A stretch of 64,000 nucleotides of DNA from Bacteroidia bacterium. Its GTDB lineage: Bacteria; Bacteroidota; Bacteroidia; SpSt-205. The notes below the pieces were generated by a model. It saw only the letters and a list, made by a program, of their open reading frames with translations, did no database searches and was not told where the DNA came from. Position numbers and translations under genes: made by a program. Positions 10,256 to 17,503 of the stretch are shown here, piece by piece; the stretch's first letter is position 1, and each line of letters begins with the position of its first letter. The stretch is from assembly GCA_025057135.1 (NCBI GenBank), contig JANWXY010000067.1, forward strand, positions 12,867 through 76,866, read 5' to 3'.

Positions 10256-12099
10256 ACCCGAACTGCCGCCAGCAGAACATCATCCGTAGGCGCTGCGCCC
10301 TCACGCCAGTTGTCAAACTCCTGCTGAATAGTAAATAGCCATTCAGAAAGGTCCTGAGGGGGATGTTTAGCTAAAAAGTCCCGAACAGCACTGCGTCCGT
10401 AACGCTTACCATCAGACGCACGAACCTGTCGCTCCCATCCATCCGTCATAAAAAGAAGCACCCAGCGCTTTTCTATAGGAATAATCGTACTCGTGTAGAG
10501 GCGTGGAGATTTTTCCCCTTCTATTTTTTGACCAATAAGGCGCTTATCAGGCATAAGCTGCTCCCAGCCAAGGAGTGGATTATATACCCAGAGCGGTATT
10601 TGGGCACCGGCATAATGTACCTCTCCGACATTTGGAAGCACTGTGCACACGCCTATCTGTAAGCCCTCCGATTGGATGGCTTCTATTTCAGCAGAGCTGG
10701 CTTTGGTGGGAGAATAAAGTAAATCCAGCAAGCCCTTGTGAAGTTGGCTGAGCACTTTTCCAGGGTCTGTAACCCCTCGCATCGTGATAATCTCGTAAAG
10801 AAGCGTATGTGCCACCGCAGACAACATCGCAGCGGAGACGCCCGCCCCTGACGCATCCGCTACTATAAATACGAGAGCCCCGTCTTTTCCTCTACTCGCC
10901 CAAAGAAAGTCTCCACTCACTAAGCTGCGTGGTAAAAGCCAATATATACTTTCTGGAAATACCTGCTTGAGCTCCATGCTCCCATGAAGGAGCGCCTCCT
11001 GAATACGACTGGCAACAACAATATCCGCCTGAGCCTCCTTCTGCATGCCGATAATATCCTCCCTGACTACTCTATCTATGGCCACAAGGGTATTCTTGGT
11101 AACTACACGCTGTAAAGCTATGTACCTCTTCGTGTATTCTTTGTGATACTTGTATGCATTTTCATAGTCCCCCACAAGCTCCGATAACTTAGCCCAGAGC
11201 TGCGGTAGAATATAATCCAAAGCTCCCTGCTTCACATAATCAATCAAGCTGTTGATTTTTTCTAAGTTTTCCCGGGCTTTATCCACTAAGTTTAGCTTCA
11301 GCTGGCAATCTGCCATAGCTACATAGATATTGGCTAAAAGGTGAGGGTTTTGGACGTTTGAGGCTAACTTTTCTGCGTTTTCTAAGGTTTGTATAGCTTG
11401 GTCTATAAGCTCGCGTTCTTTCAAAAGCTCTGCCTGTCCTGCGAGCACGCGTACGACGAGGTCTTCCTCCCCCAGGTCGGTAGCAATATCAAATGCTCGC
11501 TGGAGATGTGTTTCGGATTTCTCGTAGTCCTTGGTAGCTAAAAACAACTGCGCCAAAGTAATCATAGAAAAAAACTCCCCACGGATATTGCCACCCTGAC
11601 GATGAATCTCTAAGGCGCGCTGGTGATATTCCAGAGCTAAATCATATTGCTCGAGCTCGCCCATGAGCGAACCCAAGTTGGCCAGCGCCTGAGCATAATG
11701 CGCAGATAAGTCAGGAATGAACTGCAAGTAGCGTATAGAGCGTCCGTAATATTCTATGGAACGGTCAAGTTTGCCTATCTGGTGGTAAGCGGTGGCGAGA
11801 TTTGAGAGGACGAGCCCTAACCCCCGCATATCATCTAAACGCTCAAATAAAGCCAGAGCCTCCTGTAAATAAGCCTCTGCGGCATCAGGACGCCCAGAGA
11901 TAGCATAAGCAATCCCAATATTCCGAAGAGCCCAGGCTTTTCCGGAGTGGTATTTTATGGCTCGGGCTTTCTCAAAAGCATCCAGCGCTAAGCGCAGCGT
12001 GAGCTCGGTATTATTGTAGCGTTCATCATACGCTTGGGCATTCATCTGATTGATGACTTCACGCTGCCGCTCTATATCGGCTGTAAGAAACTCACTCAT
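10252..12099 (-). CDS. TPR-repeat protein fused to a SpoIIE/PP2C phosphatase domain
   Basis: The N-terminal roughly 330 aa consists of TPR-like repeats (e.g. ALRNIGIAYAISGRPDAAEAYLQEALALF). The C-terminal domain carries the PP2C/SpoIIE motifs SGDFLWAS...FIVADASGAGVSAAMLS...FMTDGW...TDDVLLAAVRV. Confidence 0.8.
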   Translation of the reverse strand: MSEFLTADIERQREVINQMNAQAYDERYNNTELTLRLALDAFEKARAIKYHSGKAWALRNIGIAYAISGRPDAAEAYLQEALALFERLDDMRGLGLVLSNLATAYHQIGKLDRSIEYYGRSIRYLQFIPDLSAHYAQALANLGSLMGELEQYDLALEYHQRALEIHRQGGNIRGEFFSMITLAQLFLATKDYEKSETHLQRAFDIATDLGEEDLVVRVLAGQAELLKERELIDQAIQTLENAEKLASNVQNPHLLANIYVAMADCQLKLNLVDKARENLEKINSLIDYVKQGALDYILPQLWAKLSELVGDYENAYKYHKEYTKRYIALQRVVTKNTLVAIDRVVREDIIGMQKEAQADIVVASRIQEALLHGSMELKQVFPESIYWLLPRSLVSGDFLWASRGKDGALVFIVADASGAGVSAAMLSAVAHTLLYEIITMRGVTDPGKVLSQLHKGLLDLLYSPTKASSAEIEAIQSEGLQIGVCTVLPNVGEVHYAGAQIPLWVYNPLLGWEQLMPDKRLIGQKIEGEKSPRLYTSTIIPIEKRWVLLFMTDGWERQVRASDGKRYGRSAVRDFLAKHPPQDLSEWLFTIQQEFDNWREGAAPTDDVLLAAVRV

Positions 12100-13346
12100 A
12101 GGGCGGTTTCAAGAGAAACATAATACCCGCGGCGCAATCTCTCAGCGATCAGACTGAATGTTTCTATGGTACGATCCACGTCCGCTTCTGTATGGGCTGC
12201 TGTGGGGATGAGACGAAGGATGATTTTCCCTCGCTCAATCACTGGATAGGTGACGACTGAACAGAATATGCCGAAGTTCTCCCGCAAGTCACGGACCAGG
12301 GCTATGGCTTCTCGCTCATTTCCAGAGAGATACACAGGAGTGACGGGCGACTCCGTAGGACCGATGTCCAATCCGGCTTTCCGCAGTCCTGACTGGAGGC
12401 GATGCGTGATTTGCCAGAGCTTCTGAAGGCGCTCTGGCTGAGAACGAATAAGCTGGAGCCGCTTACGGGCCCCTATGACGAGGGCTATCGGGAGAGATTT
12501 CGCATATATCTGGCTGCGTAGGTGATATCTCAGATATTGAACTATATCCTTTTCCCCTGCCACAAAAGCCCCTATTAGGGCCATACTTTTAGCGAAAGTA
12601 GCCAACCATACATCCACTGCCGCTTCAACACCGAAGTGCTCAGGCACTCCCCGCCCCGTGCGTCCCATGACACCGAAGCCATGCGCATCATCCACTAAGA
12701 GACGGAAGGGATACTTGGCTTTGAGGTCAGCTATTTTATCCAAAGCGCCCATATCGCCTCGCATACCAAAAACGCCCTCTGTAACTACCAAGATACCTCC
12801 GCCGGTTTTCTCTATATGCGCTACCGCCCGCTGGAGTCTTTCTTCCAGATGAGAAATGTCATTATGACGAAAGCTGAGGCGCAGCGCAGGAGTGAGCCGC
12901 ACCCCGTCAATCAAGCAGGCATGCGCAAGTTGGTCATAAATAACCACATCGTGCCTATCCAGAAGAGCATCTATGACCGACATGAATCCTTGGTAGCCGT
13001 AGTTGAGGAGAAAGACATCGGGCTTTCCTATGAAATCGGCAAGCTCTCGTTCTAAAGCCTCATGCTCATCAGTATTCCCCGTAAGCATGCGAGAGCCCAT
13101 AGGATAAGCGAATCCATACTCTGCGGCAGCCTGGGCATCTGCCTGACGCACCTCCGGATCATTTGCCAGGCCTAAATAATCGTTCAGCGACCAGACCAGC
13201 ACGGGACGACCTTGAAACTCCATGTGAGGCCCTATCGGACCTGTGAGTTTAGGAAATGCAAGATAATGGTGACCAATATCAGCATATTTACCTAAATCCT
13301 CGCCCATGCGGACGCGAACCTTTTCAAATAAATCCATACGCAGCAA
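12096..13346 (-). CDS. PLP-dependent alpha-oxoamine synthase family (BioF / Kbl / serine-palmitoyltransferase-like)
   Basis: 416 aa with class-II aminotransferase features. It carries the motifs LVDDAHGFGVMGRTGRG and the PLP-lysine region TFAKSMA. GSRMLTGNTDEHEALEREL resembles the GSRMLNG segment of bacterial serine palmitoyltransferases. The 3' end overlaps the start of the TPR-PP2C gene by ATGA-type coupling. Confidence 0.8.
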   Translation of the reverse strand: MLRMDLFEKVRVRMGEDLGKYADIGHHYLAFPKLTGPIGPHMEFQGRPVLVWSLNDYLGLANDPEVRQADAQAAAEYGFAYPMGSRMLTGNTDEHEALERELADFIGKPDVFLLNYGYQGFMSVIDALLDRHDVVIYDQLAHACLIDGVRLTPALRLSFRHNDISHLEERLQRAVAHIEKTGGGILVVTEGVFGMRGDMGALDKIADLKAKYPFRLLVDDAHGFGVMGRTGRGVPEHFGVEAAVDVWLATFAKSMALIGAFVAGEKDIVQYLRYHLRSQIYAKSLPIALVIGARKRLQLIRSQPERLQKLWQITHRLQSGLRKAGLDIGPTESPVTPVYLSGNEREAIALVRDLRENFGIFCSVVTYPVIERGKIILRLIPTAAHTEADVDRTIETFSLIAERLRRGYYVSLETAL

Positions 13347-13348
13347 AG

Positions 13349-13663
13349 TTAGTCAGGCAGAGGCGTAATCTCTAAGGCAATCAGACGCAGAACATGTTTA
13401 GGCGCACCCTGCGGAGGGTGCCAAAGCCGTCCCTCCAGAGCAAAGCGCACCCGTACCTTCGTACGAAGGGGAAGCTGCTGGCACTTCTCAAGCAAAGAGC
13501 CATGCACCTCTATCGGAATCATTTGAGGGGAAGGCGTGTCGGTGAGGACAATAAGCTGCTGCTTGATGCGGGAAAGTCCATATTTGACGGGCGCTGACAC
13601 AGAGTGAAGCAGACCAGTGAGTTCGTACTCAGGAGCGCCGCTGATGCCGCTCTCGTAGGACAT
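13349..13663 (-). CDS. Hypothetical small protein (104 aa)
   Basis: The ORF sits tightly between hisIE and the alpha-oxoamine synthase gene (3-nt gap) on the same strand. No recognisable motif was found. Its 5' end overlaps the hisIE 3' end by about 35 nt. Confidence 0.35.
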   Translation of the reverse strand: MSYESGISGAPEYELTGLLHSVSAPVKYGLSRIKQQLIVLTDTPSPQMIPIEVHGSLLEKCQQLPLRTKVRVRFALEGRLWHPPQGAPKHVLRLIALEITPLPD

Positions 13664-14222
13664 CTTTCACTATTTCAGGGGAAATCCCCGCTGCATATAA
13701 AAGCACCCACAGATGGTACAATAGGTCTGCAGCTTCTTGGGCGAGGCGGTCTGGTTGAGAGAGTGAGGCAATCGCTGTTTCCACCGCTTCTTCCGCAACC
13801 TTTTGAGCAAGCCGAGGTATCCCCTCCGAAAGGAGGCGGGCTGTGTAGCTCCGCTCAGAGGAGAGCTGCGCCCTTTCTTGTATGATACGCCATAAATGTC
13901 CGAGAAAATCACCGCTAAGCTCCCCCTCCTCCGAAAAGCAAGTGTACGTGCCGCGATGGCAAGTCGGCCCCTGCGGTAGCGCCCGAATCAAAATTGCGTC
14001 TCTATCACAGTCTAATCGTATTTCTACCACTCGGAGATAGTGTCCAGAGGTTTCACCTTTCACCCAGAGCGAGCGTCGGCTCCGGCTGTAAAAAGTCACT
14101 AAGCCAGTCGCCTGCGTCCGCTGAAACGCTTCATGATCCATATATCCCAGCATAAGCACCGCATAAGTCTCGGCATCTTGAACTATCACAGGAAGGAGAC
14201 CTTTGGAAAAATCTGGACTCAT
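13629..14222 (-). CDS. hisI: Bifunctional phosphoribosyl-AMP cyclohydrolase / phosphoribosyl-ATP pyrophosphatase
   Basis: The HisI region reads TFYSRSRRSLWVKGETSGHYLRVVEIRLDCDRDAILIRALPQGPTCHRGTYTCF. The C-terminal half is HisE-like (PRLAQKVAEEAVETAIA...AADLLYHLWVLL). Confidence 0.85.
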   Translation of the reverse strand: MSPDFSKGLLPVIVQDAETYAVLMLGYMDHEAFQRTQATGLVTFYSRSRRSLWVKGETSGHYLRVVEIRLDCDRDAILIRALPQGPTCHRGTYTCFSEEGELSGDFLGHLWRIIQERAQLSSERSYTARLLSEGIPRLAQKVAEEAVETAIASLSQPDRLAQEAADLLYHLWVLLYAAGISPEIVKDVLRERHQRRS

Positions 14223-14974
14223 AAGCGTACCGCAATCCCTCTGTCTTTCAAAAATAGCTTGACCTGCTGAGGTGTAAGCGTCCCTTCATGAAAGAGTCCA
14301 GCAGCCAAAGCTGCATCTGCTTTCCCCTCAGTGAATACCTCTAAAAAGTGTTCCAATCTGCCCGCGCCCCCCGAAGCGATGACAGGCACATTCACAGCTT
14401 CCACTACCTTCTTTGTGAGATAAATATCAAAGCCCTGACGAGTGCCATCCCGACCTATAGCTGTAAGCAAAATCTCGCCAGCCCCGAGAACCTCGCCCGC
14501 CCGACACCAAGAGAAAGCCTCAAGCTCGGTTTTTTCCCTGCCTCCTCGGATATATACACGATATCCATCTCGCTCCGCAAGGGCATCTACTGCGAGCACT
14601 ACGCACTGCCGACCAAAGAGAGCCGCGCCCTCCGACAGAAGAGCTGGCTGAAGAACCGCAGCGGTATTGAGTGAAACTTTATCGGCTCCAGCTTCTAAAA
14701 GTCGCCGAATATCCTCAACAGTACTCACCCCTCCCCCCACAGTGAAGGGTATCCGCAGCCGACTCGCGATGCGCTCCACAGCCCGGGTAAAGGTTCGTCG
14801 CCCTTCTACACTAGCTGATATATCCAGATAAACCAGCTCATCTGCTCCGAGTGCTTCATAAATGAGCCCCAGTTCTACTGGATCGCCCATGTCCCGAAGA
14901 TTGACAAACTGAACGCCCTTTACTACCCGCCCCTCATGAACATCTAAGCAAGGAATAATCCGCCGAGTGAGCAT
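14219..14974 (-). CDS. hisF: Imidazole glycerol phosphate synthase cyclase subunit
   Basis: The N-terminus RIIPCLDVHEGRVVKGVQFVNLRDMGDPVELG is canonical HisF. The TIM-barrel motifs IASGGAG and VDALA are also present. Confidence 0.9.
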   Translation of the reverse strand: MLTRRIIPCLDVHEGRVVKGVQFVNLRDMGDPVELGLIYEALGADELVYLDISASVEGRRTFTRAVERIASRLRIPFTVGGGVSTVEDIRRLLEAGADKVSLNTAAVLQPALLSEGAALFGRQCVVLAVDALAERDGYRVYIRGGREKTELEAFSWCRAGEVLGAGEILLTAIGRDGTRQGFDIYLTKKVVEAVNVPVIASGGAGRLEHFLEVFTEGKADAALAAGLFHEGTLTPQQVKLFLKDRGIAVRL

Positions 14975-14983
14975 GTTCTGTAA

Positions 14984-15700
14984 TCAAGAAGAAAAATACC
15001 CCCTCCAAGCTGTGGGGTTTGCATAGAGCGCCTTACCGACGACAGCAGCCGAGATACCTACTTTGGCGAGCGCATCCAAATCTTCTGGATGACGAATGCC
15101 TCCAGAAGCAATGATACGAGCAGACCGGGCTGTATTTTGAATGCTCTGATAAAAGCTAATGTCCGGCCCACCAAGCATTCCATCCCGGTCAATGTGGGTA
15201 CAAAGAAAAGTAGTCACCCCCTTCTGCTGCCACTGCTGAATAAAATCTTCTACGGACAGAGGGGTTACGGCCTGCCATCCGCGATATGCTACATATCCAC
15301 CTCTCACATCAGCCGCTAAAATGAATCGTTCCGCTCCATAAGTCTGTATGAGCTCTTCCAGGATTCCAGGCGCCTCGATGGCGAGGCTGCCAATGACCAG
15401 AAAGTCAAATCCCGCCTTTATTCCCCAATCAATATCATCTATGGAACGGAGCCCCCCACCGAGATTCATTTTGACTTCGGGAAAAGCTCGTCTAAGCTCC
15501 GATAAAAAGTCTCTCTGTATCAAGCCTCCCGCCTTCGCCCCAGACAAATCTACTATATGCCACCAGCGCATGCCCCATTCCTTTAGCTGCTGAGCGGCAT
15601 GCAGAGGGGAATCAGCCACCTTCTCTATGGCACTGAACTCTCCCCGGCGCAGACGCACTACTTGCCCCTCCCATAAGTCTATCGCTGCTATGACTTGCAT
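14984..15700 (-). CDS. hisA: 1-(5-phosphoribosyl)-5-[(5-phosphoribosylamino)methylideneamino]imidazole-4-carboxamide isomerase
   Basis: MQVIAAIDLWEGQVVRLRRGEF is a HisA N-terminal signature. IASGGIRHPEDL is also present. Confidence 0.9.
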   Translation of the reverse strand: MQVIAAIDLWEGQVVRLRRGEFSAIEKVADSPLHAAQQLKEWGMRWWHIVDLSGAKAGGLIQRDFLSELRRAFPEVKMNLGGGLRSIDDIDWGIKAGFDFLVIGSLAIEAPGILEELIQTYGAERFILAADVRGGYVAYRGWQAVTPLSVEDFIQQWQQKGVTTFLCTHIDRDGMLGGPDISFYQSIQNTARSARIIASGGIRHPEDLDALAKVGISAAVVGKALYANPTAWRGYFSS

Positions 15701-16281
15701 AGTTTGAGAAAGTTTCGTAAAAGCTGCATGCCCTCATTTCCACTTTTCTCTGGGTGAAACTGAGTACCCCAAAATAATCCATTACGCACTACCGAAGAGA
15801 AAGCTTCTCCATACTCCGACATGCCTATGGTGTATTCCCCTATTTCGGCTCTATAACTATGAACGAAATAGGCGTAAAAACTCTCTGGAAGCCCTTCTTG
15901 CAGAGGGTCTTTTTGGGTCCAGCGCACCAGATTCCAGCCGATGTGCGGTAATCGTACTGCTGCCCTAAATAGCTGAATATGAAAAGGGAAAATACCTAAT
16001 CCAGGCGCTGGTCCCTCCTCAGTCTCCCGACCCAAGAGCTGCATACCTAAGCATATGCCTAAAAAAGGACGATCCCACTGAGGCAGCCAGTCCCAAATGC
16101 CGCGGCTCCGGAGATCATGAACTGCTGGCAGCGCTGCTCCTACCCCCGGAAACACCAAGCCGGCACATTCCCTGAGCATCCGGAGCTGGTCAGAATAAAC
16201 CACCTCCGCCCCCAGCTCCTCCAGAGCGCTCCGAATGGACCGCACATTTCCCCCCGTGTAAGCGATGACCCCAACTTTCAT
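15688..16281 (-). CDS. hisH: Imidazole glycerol phosphate synthase glutamine amidotransferase subunit
   Basis: It is a class-I glutamine amidotransferase with catalytic Cys in GICLGMQLL and His/Glu in FHPEKSG. It sits between hisA and hisB. Confidence 0.85.
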   Translation of the reverse strand: MKVGVIAYTGGNVRSIRSALEELGAEVVYSDQLRMLRECAGLVFPGVGAALPAVHDLRSRGIWDWLPQWDRPFLGICLGMQLLGRETEEGPAPGLGIFPFHIQLFRAAVRLPHIGWNLVRWTQKDPLQEGLPESFYAYFVHSYRAEIGEYTIGMSEYGEAFSSVVRNGLFWGTQFHPEKSGNEGMQLLRNFLKLCKS

Positions 16282-17399
16282 AAAGCCCCCTTGGTAGAAG
16301 GGACTGCGTTCGCCTCTTCGCTGCGATGAAGAGCCTCTCTAAGGGCACGCCCTACTCCCTTAAACGCTGCTTCTATGAGATGATGTGCATCTTCTCCATA
16401 CCCTTGAATATGAAGCGTAAATGCCCCCTCTCGAGCTAATGTCTCAAAAAAATGCTTCCATAAGCTGGGAGCAATCCCCCCTAAACTTTCAGCAAGAGGT
16501 AGTCGCCATGTCAATAGTCCCCTGCCACTCATATCAATCGCAACAACGCTGAGCGCCTCGTCCATCGGTAGCCAACGCAGCGAAGAGGCAGCCTGCCCAT
16601 ACCGATGAATACCTCGCTTGTCTTTCAATAGCCGATACAAAGCTTGCCCCAAGGTGATCGCCACATCCTCCACTGTGTGATGAACATCTACATGAAGGTC
16701 ACCCTCCGCTTTTAGTACCAAATCCCATCCAGCATGAAAAGCTAAAAGTGTCAGCATATGGTCAAAAAACCCTATGCCTGTATGGACAGTAACGCGCCCC
16801 TCACCATATAGGGAGAGTGAGAGATGCACAGAGGTCTCTTTCGTCTCGCGATGAAGTTGGATGGAAAAAACGCTGCGCTTGAGTATCGCTTGGACCTCTT
16901 CCCAGCCTTTCACAATATGAGCAAATGGAAGGTGCTCCTGTGGATGGATAGGATTGGTTATCCATATCCCGCTCAGCCCCAGCCGCTGCGCTAAGCGCAT
17001 ATCGGTGTATCTGTCCCCTATGACGAAACTGTGCGCCTTATCTATGCCGCTCTCCATGTATGGCAGAAGCAAAAGCGGAGAAGGTTTTCGATAAAAGGAA
17101 GGCGACTCCTCTCGGCTACGGTCTATATGAATGCCATACCAAGTAATCCCCTCTGATGAAAAAATATCCATCAGAAGGCGCTGAATCATCCAGAATCGCT
17201 CCTCAGGAAAACTCTCACTCCCCAAGCCATCCTGATTGGTAATCATCACGAGTCGGTACCCCCCCACCTGCTGAGCCCACCGCAGAACCGATAGGGTACG
17301 CGGTAGGAGTCTCAGACGCTCACAGCTATCTATTTGCTGGGTATCTGGCGGCTCTACTATCAGGGTACCATCCCTATCTATGAAAAGGTATCGCTGCAC
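16278..17399 (-). CDS. hisB: Bifunctional histidinol-phosphatase (HAD) / imidazoleglycerol-phosphate dehydratase
   Basis: The N-terminal HAD-type motif is FIDRDGTLI. The C-terminal IGPD domain carries HLSLSLYGEG, HHTVEDVAITLGQAL, RGLLTWRLPL and HHLIEAAFKGVGRALREA. Confidence 0.85.
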   Translation of the reverse strand: MQRYLFIDRDGTLIVEPPDTQQIDSCERLRLLPRTLSVLRWAQQVGGYRLVMITNQDGLGSESFPEERFWMIQRLLMDIFSSEGITWYGIHIDRSREESPSFYRKPSPLLLLPYMESGIDKAHSFVIGDRYTDMRLAQRLGLSGIWITNPIHPQEHLPFAHIVKGWEEVQAILKRSVFSIQLHRETKETSVHLSLSLYGEGRVTVHTGIGFFDHMLTLLAFHAGWDLVLKAEGDLHVDVHHTVEDVAITLGQALYRLLKDKRGIHRYGQAASSLRWLPMDEALSVVAIDMSGRGLLTWRLPLAESLGGIAPSLWKHFFETLAREGAFTLHIQGYGEDAHHLIEAAFKGVGRALREALHRSEEANAVPSTKGAL

Positions 17400-17503
17400 A
17401 GGTGTAGCAAAGGTAATGTCCTCTTAAGGGAAAGATGGAGGTGAAAACGACATACACACCCAGCTGAATAAACTTCAAATCCAAGTACGCCCAAAAAGGA
17501 AAA

